From positions 434,001 through 498,000 of the forward strand of contig JASTWF010000344.1 of assembly GCA_030390025.1 (NCBI GenBank): a DNA stretch of 64,000 nucleotides, read 5' to 3'. How positions within the stretch are numbered: the first letter of the stretch is position 1; the number at the start of each line of letters is the position of its first letter. A model generated the notes under the pieces. That model saw nothing but the letters and a program-made list of their open reading frames with translations. It did not search any database and was not told where the DNA came from. This document shows positions 1-11,600 of the stretch, piece after piece. The position numbers were made by a program, and so were the translations under genes. Source of the stretch: Squalus acanthias. Its lineage: Eukaryota.

Positions 1-262
1 TTGGCCCCTCGAGCCTGCTCCGCCATTCAATAAGATCATGGCTGATCTTGGGCTCAAAGCCACTTCCCTGCCCGCTCCCCATAACCCTTCACTCCCTTAT
101 CTTGCAAAAATCTGTCTATCTTCACCTTAAATGTATTTAATGACCTAGCCTCCATGGCTCTCTGGGGCAGAGAATTCCACAGATTTACGACCCTCTGAGA
201 GAAGAAATTCCTCCTCATCTCAGTTCTAAAAGGGCGACCCTTTATTCTGAAATGATGCCCCC
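1..262 (-). mobile_element. CR1 LINE 3' fragment
   Basis: Reverse strand reads like CR1 ORF2 C-terminus (RRNFFS) plus 3' UTR; nearly identical to 61639-61900. Confidence 0.85.
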
Positions 263-869
263 GTCACAGATACCCCCCACCCTCGCAGGTAGACACCCGC
301 CCCACCCCACAGTCTGACCTCCCTCCCCCTCTGATCGGAAGTTGAGCTTCTGAAGCAGGGCTCATTATGGGGAGGACAAGCGGGCTCCAAAGTGCAACTC
401 ACTGCTCCAGTGTACAGAGTCGCGCAATGTGTGCCGGGTGTGAATCGTGCGCGCGCGTGCGAGAGTGTGCATGCGTGTGCTGTCGGCCTTGGGCCTCTGC
501 GACCATTAATAAAAGAAACAGTGGGGTACTCCTCCCCCCCCCCCCTCAAACTTCGACAGCAGTCACTCCTCCCCTGCTGTTGCCCCCCCCCCCCACCCCT
601 CGCTACTATTGCCCCCCTCCCACTCCATCTTGGGTCACCACTAACCAGGAGCTGAACTGGACCAGCGATATTAACACCGTGGCCACAAGAGGACGGGGCT
701 GGATTCTCGGACGTGAGTGACTCACCTCCTGACCACTCAAAGCCTCGCCACCAACAAGACTCAAGTCAGGAATGTGATGGAAAACAAAAAAACTCAAAAA
801 TGTGAATCTTTTTATTTGAACAACAGATTTACAGGGAAATGAAGGAAATGTTTAAAATGACCAAAGGAT

Positions 870-1565
870 TTTTTTTTTTTTTAAATTCAGTCACGGGATG
901 TGGGCGTCACTGGCAAGGCTGGCATTTATTGCCCATCCCTAATTGTCCTCGAGAAGGTGGTGGTGAGTCGCCTTCTTGAACCGCTGCAGTCTGTGTGAAG
1001 GTGCTCCCACAGTGCAGTTAGGGAGGGAGTTCCAGGATTTTGCGACGACGAAGGAATGGCGATATATTTCCAAGTCAGGATGGTGTGGGGCTTGGAGGAG
1101 AACTTGGAGGTGGTGGTGTTCCCATGCGCCTGCTGCCCTTGTCCTTCTAGGTGGTAGAGGTTGCGGGTTTGGGAGGTGCTGGTGAAGAAGCCTTGGTGAG
1201 TTGCTGCAGTGCATTTGTAGATGGTACACACTGCAGCCACGGTACGCCGGTGGTGGAGGGAGTAAATGTTTAAGGTGGTGGATGGGGTGCCAATCAAGCG
1301 GGCTGCTTTGTCCTGGATGGTGTCGAGCTACTTGAGTGTTGTTGGAGCTGCACTCATCCAGGCAAGTGGAGGGTATTCCATCACACTCCTGACTTGTGCC
1401 TTGTAGATGGTGGAAAGGCTTTGGGGAGTCAGGAGGTGAGACACTCGCCGCAGAATCCCCAGCCTCTGACCTGCTCTTGTTGCCACAGTATTTATGTGGC
1501 TGGCCCAGTTAAGTTTCTGGTCAAAGGTGACCCCCAGGATGTTGATGGTGGGGGAATTCAACGAT
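870..1565 (-). mobile_element. Non-LTR retrotransposon 3' end (second CR1/L2-group family) with poly-A tail
   Basis: ORF 1328-1576 (SPTINILGVTFDQKLNW...IYKAQVRSVMEY) matches the element at 49060-52275; poly-T run at 870-882. Confidence 0.85.
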
Positions 1566-1576
1566 GATAATGCCAT

Positions 1577-2935
1577 TGAGACACCTGGTGGTGCTTGTAT
1601 ACAAATCTTTGAAAGTGGCAGGACAGGTTAACAAAGCAGTTAATAAAGCATATGGGATCCTGCACTTTATAAATAGAGGCAGAGAGTACAAAAGCCAGGA
1701 AGTTGTGCTAAACCTATATAAAACACTAGTTCGGCCCCAGCTGGAGTATTGTGTCCAATTCTGGGCACCGCACTTTAAGAAGGACGTGAAGGCTTTGGAG
1801 AGGGTGCAGAAGAGATTTACTGGAATGGTTCCAGGGATAAGGGATTACAGTTACATGGATACAATCACCCCCAACACCCCCTCCCATCCCCACAGCACCT
1901 TCCTGTGCAAGCGCAGGAGATGCAACACCTGCCCTTTTACCTCCTCCCTTCCCACCGTCCAGGGCCCCAAACACCCCTTCCAGGTGAAACACCGATTTAC
2001 TTGTACTTCTTGCAATTTAGTATACTGTATTCGCTGCTCACGATGCGGTCTCCTCTGCATTGGGGAGACCAAACGCAGATTGGGTGACCGCTTTGCGGAA
2101 CACCTCCGTTCAGTCCGTAAGCGTGACCCCGAGCTTCCGGTCGCCTGTCACTTTAATTCTCCGCTCCACTCCCACTCTGACCTCTCCGTCCTCGGCCTCT
2201 TACACTGTTCCAATGAAGCTCAGCGTAAGCTCGAGGAACAGCACGTCATCTTTCGATTAGGCATTTTACAGCCTTCTGGACTCAACATCGAGTTCAACAA
2301 TTTTAGACCATAACCTCTGCCTCTATTTTTTCAGATGGCAGCTGTTGATGATTCTGCCATTCCCATTTATACCTCTTCTGGAATCATCTATTGTTTCTTT
2401 ACCTGTCGCATTACCAGCTCTTTTTGCTTTGCACTATCATACCTTTTGTCATTTAATCTCTCCTGCCTTCCACCCTATCACAGACCTTCCCTTTTGTTCC
2501 TTCCTCCCCGCTTTCCCTGCCCCTACACTTGCTTAAAATCTGTTACATCTCAAACTTTTTCCAGTTCTGACAAAAGGTCATCGACCTGAAACGTTATCTC
2601 TGTTTCTCTCTCCACAGATGCTGCCTGACCCGCTGAGTATTTCCAGCATTTTCTGTTTTTATATTATAGAGAAGCTGGGGTTGTTCTCCTTGGAGCAGAG
2701 AAGGCCAAGAGGAGATTTGATAGAGATGCTTAAAATCATGACGGGTTTAGATAGAGTGACTGTTTCCAGTGGCAGAAGGGTCGGTAACCAGAGGACACAG
2801 ATTTAAGGTGATAGGCAAAAGAATCAGAGGCGACATGAGGAAAGTGTTTCAAGTATTTATCCAATCCCCTTTTGAAGGCTACTATTGAATTTGTTTCCAC
2901 CACCCTATCAGGCAGCGCATTCCAAATCCAAACCA
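1577..2935 (+). mobile_element. CR1 LINE 3' fragment interrupted by a Penelope-like element; short inverted CR1 piece at about 2846-2935
   Basis: LYKTLVRPQLEYCVQFWAP before 1860; CR1 resumes as EKLGLFSLEQRRPRGDLIE after about 2665. Confidence 0.8.
1861..2662 (+). mobile_element. Penelope-like element 3' end: GIY-YIG endonuclease remnant plus 3' terminal repeat with degenerate hammerhead
   Basis: CKRRRCNTC...NLVYCIRCSRCGLLCIGETKRRLGDRFAEH...VACHF...PSGLN, stop at 2313; CTGACAA-aggtc-atc-gacct-GAAACGTT at 2567-2595. Confidence 0.85.
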
Positions 2936-2937
2936 CT

Positions 2938-4145
2938 CGGGCTCAGTGAGCCGCTCTGTGGGGGGGGTTCGTGGGCTGAGGTCAGGCTCAGTGAGCCGCT
3001 CTGGGCAGGGGGTCACGGGCTGAGGTCGGGAGTTGGGCTCAGTGAGCCGCTCTGTGGGGGGGGTTCGTGGGCTGGGGGTCGGGCTCAGTGAGCCGCTCTG
3101 GGCTGGGGGTCGGGCTCAGTGAGCCGCTCTGGGCTGGGGGTCGGGCTCAGTGAGCCGCTCTGGGCTGGGGGTCGGGCTCAGTGAGCCGCTCTGGGCTGGG
3201 GGTCGGGCTCAGTGAGCCGCTCTGGGCTGGGGGTCGGGCTCAGTGAGCCGCTCTGGGCTGGGGGTCGGGCTCAGTGAGCCGCTCTGGGCTGGGGGTCGGG
3301 CTCAGTGAGCCGCTCTGGGCTGGGGGTCGGGCTCAGTGAGCCGCTCTGGGCTGGGGGTCGGGCTCAGTGAGCCGCTCTGGGCTGGGGGTCGGGCTCAGTG
3401 AGCCGCTCTGGGCTGGGGGTCGGGCTCAGTGAGCCGCTCTGGGCTGGGGGTCGGGCTCAGTGAGCCGCTCTGGGCTGGGGGTCGGGCTCAGTGAGCCGCT
3501 CTGGGCTGGGGGTCGGGCTCAGTGAGCCGCTCTGGGCTGGGGGTCGGGCTCAGTGAGCCGCTCTGGGCTGGGGGTCGGGGGGTCGGGCTCAGTGAGCCGC
3601 TCTGGGCTGGGGGTCGGGCTCAGTGAGACGCTCTGGGCTGGGGGTCGGGGGTCGGGCTCTGTGAGCCGCTCTGGGCTGGGGGGTCGGGCTCAGTGAGCCG
3701 CTCTGGGCTGGGGGTCGGGCTCAGTGAGCCGCTCTGGGCTGGGGGTCGGGCTCAGTGAGCCGCTCTGGGCTGGGGGGTCGGGGGTCGGGCTCAGTGAGCC
3801 GCTCTGGGCTGGGGGGTCGGGGGTCGGGCTCAGTGAGCCGCTCTGGGCTGGGGGTCGGGGGTCGGGCTCTGTGAGCCGCTCTGGGCTGGGGGTCGGGCTC
3901 AGTGAGCCGCTCTGGGCTGGGGGGTCGGGGGTCGGGCTCAGTGAGCCGCTCTGGGCTGGGGGTCGGGCTCTGTGAGCCGCTCTGGGCTGGGGGTCGGGCT
4001 CAGTGAGCCGCTCTGGGCTGGGGGTCGGGGGTCGGGCTCTGTGAGCCGCTCTGGGTTGGGGGTCGGGCTCAGTGAGCCGCTCTGGGCTGGGGGTCGGGGG
4101 TTGGGCTCTGTGAGCCGCTCTGGGCTGGGGGTCGGGGGTCGGGTT
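2938..4145. repeat. 31-bp G-rich minisatellite (GGGCTCAGTGAGCCGCTCTGGGCTGGGGGTC) in KLHL26 intron 2
   Basis: Period 31 (3081 to 3112); variants add GGGGTC; each unit holds the inverted repeat GGCTCA-G-TGAGCC. Confidence 0.97.
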
Positions 4146-4236
4146 GGGGCCGGAGGTTAGCCGCTCCGGGGACGGACTCGGCCCCGCGCCGCCGGTGAAC
4201 ACGGAGACAGTAACTGCGCGTGGAGAGGGGACTCAC

Positions 4237-4419
4237 CGGAAATAGTCGCTGCAGGCGGCCAGCACGGCCCGGTGCACCCGGAACATCACCGCGTTCACCA
4301 GCAACCCCACGTCCAGCAGCTGGTGCCGGGCCCGCAGCCCCGACAGCCCCAGGAGCAGGCTGGTGCTGTGTCCGGGGGCCGAGAAGGTGCGGCGCTCGCC
4401 GCCGCTCGGGTCCGCCATC
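4237..4419 (-). CDS. KLHL26: Kelch-like protein 26, exon 2 (start of BTB domain)
   Basis: (R)MADPSGGERRTFSAPGHSTSLLLGLSGLRARHQLLDVGLLVNAVMFRVHRAVLAACSDYFR matches recalled human TFSAPSHSTSLLQGLATLRAQGQLLDV...VLAACSDYFR; acceptor cctcag, donor gtgagt; 183 nt. Exon 3 not found in window. Confidence 0.92.
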
Positions 4420-4617
4420 CTGAGGAGAGAGGCAGAGGCAGAGTGAGAGAGAGACCCGGCCCCGAGAGAGAGACCCTGCCCCGTCCCGGCCCAGAGAGAG
4501 AGACCCGGCCCCGGCACCCCAGCCCGGGGCCTCCCGCACAGCGCCCGGCCCGGAGTGAGAGGCCTGTCTGCCCGCCCCCGCGCCTCTCGCGCTCCCAGGC
4601 CCGGTCTCAGGCCTTAC

Positions 4618-4664
4618 CTGCTCCGCCGCTCGGCCGGGAACTCGCCGCCGCCCGACTCGGCCAT
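4618..4664 (-). CDS. KLHL26: Kelch-like protein 26, exon 1
   Basis: ATG at 4664, MAESGGGEFPAERRS+AG|gtaagg; human KLHL26 begins MAESGG; phase 2 joins exon 2 in frame. Confidence 0.88.
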
Positions 4665-4852
4665 CTTACCCGGGGGCGGGACTGGGCGTGGGGGCGTGGC
4701 CAGTGGAGGGGCGGGGTGTGGGGCGGGGCCAATGGAGGGGCGGGGCTGGGACGGGGGGCGGGGCCAGTGGAGGGGCGGGGCTGGGAGTGGGGGCGGGGCC
4801 AGTGGAGGGGCGGGGCTGGGAGTGGGGCGCGGCCAGTGGAGGGGCGGGGCCT
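4665..4852 (-). promoter_or_regulatory. CpG-island promoter of KLHL26 built from tandem GC boxes
   Basis: Repeated GGGGCGGGGCCAGTGGAGGGGCGGGGCT units (Sp/KLF sites), one CCAAT near 4729, YY1-like AAGATGGC over the start codon. Confidence 0.7.
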
Positions 4853-4954
4853 CCCACATTAGAGAATCGCAGAAAGAGGCCATTCGGCCCATCGAATATT
4901 CAAAACTACTCAATAATTATTCACGGTTCAGTCCCACCAGCAGCAGGTTCATGG

Positions 4955-5595
4955 GTTGAATTACATCGAGTCCACAGCACGGAAACAGGCCATTCGGCCC
5001 CTCAGCTCCACACGAGCCGCCACATCTCCCCCCATCAGCAGATCCTTCTCTTCCTTTCTCCCTCATGTGTTTATCCAGCTTCCCCTTAAATGCATCTGTA
5101 CTATTCGCCTCAACCACTCCCTGTGGTAGCGAGTTCCACATTCCAACCACTCTCTGGGTGAAGAAGTTTCTCCTGAATTCCCGATTGGATTTATTAGTGA
5201 CTATCTTATATTTATGGCCCCTAGTTCTGGTCTCCCCCACAAGTGGAAACATCTTCTCTACGTCTACCCTATCGAACCCCTTCATAATCTTAAAGATCTC
5301 CATCAGGTCACCCCCTCAGCCTTCTCTTTTCGAGAGAGCAGAGCCCCAGCCTGTTCAATCATTCCTGATAAGTACGTCCTCTCAGTTCGGGTATTATTAT
5401 AGTTAATATTTTTTGCACCTTCTCCAGTGCCTCTATATCCTTTTTATAATATGGAGACAAGAACTGTTCATGAAGTGTGGTCCAACCAAGGTTCTATACA
5501 TGTTTAACATAACTTCTCCCCTTTCCAATTTTATCCCTCTAGAATGAACCCCAGTGCTTTGTTGCCTTTATTTTCTGACCTTATTAACCTGCGTT
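4955..5595 (-). mobile_element. CR1 LINE 3' fragment
   Basis: ORF 4917-5303: TRGHKYKI...RRNFFTQRVVGMWNSLP; same subfamily as 52282-52715. Confidence 0.9.
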
Positions 5596-5661
5596 GCTAC
5601 AATGTCCCGCCCTCACTCTCCCCCTCGCTCAGCACACCAGCAGAACTTATCATCAAATGAG

Positions 5662-8600
5662 ACTCACAGTCAGAGTCTGTCCCTCGCGATCAGAGTCTGT
5701 CCCTCCTCACGGTCAGAGTCTGTCCCTCGCGATCAGAGTCTGTCCCTCCTCACGGTCAGAGTCTGTCCTTCCTCGCGGTCAGAGTCTGTCCCTCCTCGTG
5801 GTCAGAGTCTGTCCCTCCTCATGGTCAGAGTCTGTCCCTCCTCACGGTCAGAGTCTGTCCTTCCTCGCGGTCAGAGTCTGTCCCTCCTCGTGGTCAGAGT
5901 CTGTCCCTCCTCGTGGTCAGAGTCTGTCCCTCCTCGCGGTCAGAGTCTGTCCCTCCTCGCGGTCAGAGTCTGTCCCTCCTCACGGTCAGAGTCTGTCCCT
6001 CCTCACGGTCAGAGTCTGTCCCTCCTCACGGTCAGAGTCTGTCTCTCCTCGTGGTCAGAGTCTGTCCCTCACGGTCAGAGTCTGTCCCTCCTCGGGGTCA
6101 GAGTCTGTCACTCCTCACGGTCAGAGTCTGTCCCTCCTCACGGTTAGCGTCTGTCCCTCGTGGTCAGAGTCTGTCCCTCGTGGTCAGAGTCTGTCCCTCG
6201 CGGTCAGAGTCTGTCTCTCGCGGTCAGAGTCTGTCCCTCCTCACGCTCACAGTCTGTCCCTCCTCACGGTCAGAGTCTGTCCCTCCTCACGGTCAGAGTC
6301 TGTCCCTCCTCACGGTCAGAGTCTGTCCCTCCTCGCGGTCAGAGTCTGTCCCTCCTCACGGTCAGAGTCTGTCCCTCCTCGCGGTCAGAGTCTGTCCCTC
6401 CTCGCGGTCAGAGTCTGTCCCTCCTCACGGTCAGAGTCTGTCCCTCACGGTCAGAGTCTGTCCCTCCTCACGGTCAGAGTCTGTCCCTCACGGTCAGAGT
6501 CTGTCCTTCCTCACGGTCAGAGTCTGTCCCTCCTCACGGTCAGAGTCTGTCCCTCGCGGTCAGAGTCTGTCCCTCCTCACGGTCAGAGTCTGTCCCTCAC
6601 GGTCAGAGTCTGTCCCTCCTCACGGTCAGAGTCTGTCCCTCCTCACGGTCAGAGTCTGTCCCTCCTCGTGGTCAGAGTCTGTCCCTCACGGTCAGAGTCT
6701 GTCCCTCGCGGTCAGAGTCTGTCCCTCCTCACGGTCAGAGTCTGTCCCTCCTCGCGGTCAGAGTCTGTCCCTCACGGTCAGAGTCTGTCCCTCTTCACGG
6801 TCAGAGTCTGTCCCTCGCGGTCAGAGTCTGTCCCTCCTCACGGTCAGAGTCTGTCCTTCCTCGCGGTCAGAGTCTGTCCCTCCTCGTGGTTAGAGTCTGT
6901 CCCTCCTCGCGGTCAGAGTCTATCCCTCCTCACGGTCAGAGTCTGTCCCTCCTCACGGTCAGAGTCTGTCCCTCACGGTCAGAGTCTGTCCTTCCTCACG
7001 GTCAGAGTCTGTCCCTCCTCACGGTCAGAGTCTGTCCCTCGCGGTCAGAGTCTGTCCCTCCTCACGGTCAGAGTCTGTCCCTCCTCACGGTCAGATTCTG
7101 TCCCTCACGGTCAGAGTCTGTCCCTCCTCACGGTCAGAGTCTGTCCCTCCTCACGGTCAGAGTCTGTCCCTCCTCACGGTCAGAGTCTGTCCCTCCTCGC
7201 GGTCAGAGTCTGTCCCTCCTCACGGTCAGAGTCTGTCCTTCCTCGCGGTCAGAGTCTTTCCCTCCTCACGGTCAGAGTCTGTCCCTCGCGGTCAGAGTCT
7301 GTCCCTCCTCACGGTCAGAGTCTGTCCCTCCTCACGGTCAGAGTCTGTCCCTCACGGTCAGAGTCTGTTCCTCGCGGTCAGAGTCTGTCCCTCCTCACGG
7401 TTCAGAGTCTGTCCCTCCTCGCGGGTCAGAGTCTGTCCCTCCTCGCGGTCAGAGTCTGTCCCTCCTCACGGTCAGAGTCTGTCCCCTCCTCACGGTCAGA
7501 GTCAGTCCCTCCTCACGGTCAGAGTCTGTCCCTCCTCACGGTCAGAGTCTGTCCCCTCCTCACGGTCAGAGTCTGTCCCCTCGCGGTCAGAGTCTGTCCC
7601 TCCTCTCGGTCAGAGTCTGTCCCTCCTCACGGTCAGAGTCTGTCTCTCGCGGTTCAGAGTCTGGTCCCTCCTCACGCTCACAGTCTGTCCCTCCTCACGG
7701 TCAGAGTCTGTCCCTCCCTCACGGTCAGAGTCTGTCCCTCCTCGCGGTCAGAGTCTGTCCCTCCTCACGGTCAGAGTCTGTCCCCTCCTCACGGTCACAG
7801 TCTGTCCCTCCTCGCGGTCAGAGTCTGTCCCTCCTCACGGTCAGAGTCTGTCCCTCCTCACGGTCAGAGTCTGTCCCTCCTGCGGTAAGGTCTGTCCTCC
7901 TCGGTCGAGTCTGTCCCTCCTCACTGGTCAGAGTCTGTCCCTCACGGTCAGAGTCTGTCCCTCCTCACGGTCAGAGTCTGTCCCTCACGGTCAGAGTCTG
8001 TCTTCCTCACGGTCAGAGTCTGTCCCTCCTCACGGTCAGAGTCTGTCCCTCGCGGTCAGAGTCTGTCCCTCCTCACGGTCAGAGTCTGTCCCTCACGGTC
8101 AGAGTCTGTCCCTCCTCACGGTCAGAGTCTGTCCCTCCTCACGGTCAGAGTCTGTCCCTCCTCGTGGTCAGAGTCTGTCCTCACGGTCAGAGTCTGTCCC
8201 TCGCGGTCAGAGTCTGTCCCTCCTCACGGTCAGAGTCTGTCCCTCCTCGCGGTCAGAGTCTGTCCCTCACGGTCAGAGTCTGTCCCTCTTCACGGTCAGA
8301 GTCTGTCCCTCGCGGTCAGAGTCTGTCCCTCCTCACGGTCAGAGTCTGTCCTTCCTCGCGGTCAGAGTCTGTCCCTCCTCGTGGTTAGAGTCTGTCCCTC
8401 CTCGCGGTCAGAGTCTATCCCTCCTCACGGTCAGAGTCTGTCCCTCCTCACGGTCAGAGTCTGTCCCTCACGGTCAGAGTCTGTCCTTCCTCACGGTCAG
8501 AGTCTGTCCCTCCTCACGGTCAGAGTCTGTCCCTCGCGGTCAGAGTCTGTCCCTCCTCACGGTCAGAGTCTGTCCCTCCTCACGGTCAGATTCTGTCCCT

Positions 8601-11600
8601 CACGGTCAGAGTCTGTCCCTCCTCACGGTCAGAGTCTGTCCCTCCTCACGGTCAGAGTCTGTCCCTCCTCACGGTCAGAGTCTGTCCTCCTCACGGTCAG
8701 AGTCTGTCCCTCCTCGCGGTCAGAGTCTGTCCCTCCTCACGGTCAGAGTCTGTCCTTCCTCGCGGTCAGAGTCTTTCCCTCCTCACGGTCAGAGTCTGTC
8801 CCTCGCGGTCAGAGTCTGTCCCTCCTCACGGTCAGAGTCTGTCCCTCCTCACGGTCAGAGTCTGTCCCTCACGGTCAGAGTCTGTTCCTCGCGGTCAGAG
8901 TCTGTCCCTCCTCACGGTCAGAGTCTGTCCCTCCTCGCGGTCAGAGTCTGTCCCTCCTCGCGGTCAGAGTCTGTCCCTCCTCACGGTCAGAGTCTGTCCC
9001 TCCTCACGGTCAGAGTCTGTCCCTCCTCACGGTCAGAGTCTGTCCCTCCTCACGGTCAGAGTCTGTCCCTCCTCACGGTCAGAGTCTGTCCCTCGCGGTC
9101 AGAGTCTGTCCCTCCTCACGGTCAGAGTCTGTCCCTCCTCACGGTCAGAGTCTGTCCCTCCTCACGGTCAGAGTCTGTCCCTCCTCACGGTCAGAGTCTG
9201 TCCCTCCTCACGGTCAGAGTCTGTCCCTCCTCGCGGTCAGAGTCTGTCCCTCCTCACGGTCAGAGTCTGTCCCTCCTCACGGTCAGAGTCTGTCCCTCCT
9301 CCGGTCAGAGTCTGTCCTCCTCACGGTCAGAGTCTGTCCTCCTCACGGTCAGAGTCTGTCCCTCCTCACGGTCAGAGTCTGTCCCTCCTCACGGTCAGAG
9401 TCTGTCCCTCCTCGCGGTCAGAGTCTGTCCTCTCCGGTCAGAGTCTGTCCTCCTCGCGGTCAGAGTCTGTCCTCCTCACGGTCAGAGTCTGTCCCTCCTC
9501 ACGCTCACAGTCTGTCCCTCCTCACGGTCAGAGTCTGTCCCTCCTCACGGTCAGAGTCTGTCCCTCCTCGCGGTCAGAGTCTGTCCCTCCTCACGGTCAG
9601 AGTCTGTCCCTCCTCACGGTCAGAGTCTGTCCCTCCTCACGGTCAGAGTCTGTCCCTCCTCACGGTCAGAGTCTGTCCCTCCTCACGGTCAGAGTCTGTC
9701 CCTCCTCGGTCAGAGTCTGTCCCTCCTCGCGGTCAGAGTCTGTCCCTCCTCGCGGTCAGAGTCTGTCCCTCACGGTCAGAGTCTGTCCCTCCTCACGGTC
9801 AGAGTCTGTCCCTCACGGTCAGAGTCTGTCCTTCCTCACGGTCAGAGTCTGTCCCTCCTCACGGTCAGAGTCTGTCCCTCGCGGTCAGAGTCTGTCCCTC
9901 CTCACGGTCAGAGTCTGTCCCTCACGGTCAGAGTCTGTCCCTCCTCACGGTCAGAGTCTGTCCCTCCTCACGGTCAGAGTCTGTCCCTCCTCGTGGTCAG
10001 AGTCTGTCCCTCACGGTCAGAGTCCTGTCCCTCGCGGTCAGAGTCTGTCCCTCCTCACGGTCAGAGTCTGTCCCTCCTCGCGGTCAGAGTCTGTCCCTCA
10101 CGGTCAGAGTCTGTCCCTCTTCACGGTCAGAGTCTGTCCCTCGCGGTCAGAGTCTGTCCCTCCTCACGGTCAGAGTCTGTCCTTCCTCGCGGTCATAGTC
10201 TGTCCCTCCTCGTGGTTAGAGTCTGTCCCTCCTCGCGGTCAGAGTCTATCCCTCCTCACGGTCAGAGTCTGTCCCTCCTCACGGTCAGAGTCTGTCCCTC
10301 ACGGTCAGAGTCTGTCCCTCCTCACGGTCAGAGTCTGTCCCTCCTCACGGTCAGAGTCTGTCCCTCGCGGTCAGAGTCTGTCCCTCCTCACGGTCAGAGT
10401 CTGTCCCCTCCTCCACGGTCAGATTCTGTCCCTCACGGTCAGAGTCTGTCCCTCCTCACGGTCAGAGTCTGTCCCTCCTCACGGTCAGAGTCTGTCCCTC
10501 CTCACGGTCAGAGTCTGTCCCTCTCGGTCAGAGTCTGTCCCTCCTCACGGTCAGAGTCTGTCCTCCTCACGGTCAGAGTCTGTCCCTCCTCACGGTCAGA
10601 GTCTGTCCCTCCTCACGGTCAGAGTCTGTCCTCCTCACGGTCAGAGTCTGTCCCTCCTCACGGTCAGAGTCTGTCCCTCACGGTCAGAGTCTGTCCTCCT
10701 CACGGTCAGAGTCTGTCCCTCCTCACGGTCAGAGTCTGTCCCTCCTCGCGGTCAGAGTCTGTCCCTCCTCACGGTCAGAGTCTGTCCCTCCTCACGGTCA
10801 GAGTCTGTCCCTCCTCACGGTCAGAGTCTGTCCCTCCTCACGGTCAGAGTCTGTCCCTCCTCACGGTCAGAGTCTGTCCCTCCTCACGGTCAGAGTCTGT
10901 CCCTCCTCGGTCAGAGTCTGTCCCTCGCGGTCAGAGTCTGTCCCTCCTCACGGTCAGAGTCTGTCCCTCTCACGGTCAGAGTCTGTCCCTCCTCACGGTC
11001 AGAGTCTGTCCCTCCTCACGGTCAGAGTCTGTCCCTCCTCACGGTCAGAGTCTGTCCCTCCTCACGGTCAGAGTCTGTCCCTCACGGTCAGAGTCTGTCC
11101 CTCCTCACGGTCAGAGTCTGTCCCTCCTCACGGTCAGAGTCTGTCCCTCCTCACGGTCAGAGTCTGTCCCTCCTCACGGTCAGAGTCTGTCCCTCCTCAC
11201 GGTCAGAGTCTGTCCCTCCTCACGGTCAGAGTCTGTCCCTCCTCACGGTCAGAGTCTGTCCCTCCTCACGGTCAGAGTCTGTCCCTCCTCACGGTCAGAG
11301 TCTGTCCCTCCTCACGGTCAGAGTCTGTCCCTCCTCACGGTCAGAGTCTGTCCCTCCTCACGGTCAGAGTCTGTCCCTCACGGTCAGAGTCTGTCCCTCC
11401 TCACGGTCAGAGTCTGTCCCTCCTCGCGGTCAGAGTCTGTCCCTCCTCACGGTCAGAGTCTGTCCCTCCTCGCGGTCAGAGTCTGTCCCCTCACGGTCAG
11501 AGTCTGTCCTCCTCACGGTCAGAGTCTGTCCCTCCTCACGGTCAGAGTCTGTCCCTCGCGGTCAGAGTCTGTCCCTCCTCACGGTCAGAGTCTGTCCCTC

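Noticed and set aside
1..262. Near identity with 61639-61900 suggesting a giant direct repeat or segmental duplication
   Set aside because: Both are 3' ends of the same CR1 subfamily, and similarity does not extend into unique DNA.
1564..2313. 249-aa ORF as a novel RT-tail/GIY-YIG fusion protein
   Set aside because: Chance in-frame junction of CR1 and Penelope fragments; the YIG tyrosine is mutated (CIGET).
3081..3111. CTCAGTGAGC resemblance to an AAV ITR
   Set aside because: Only about 10 bp, no GAGC tetramer array and no rep/cap remnants.
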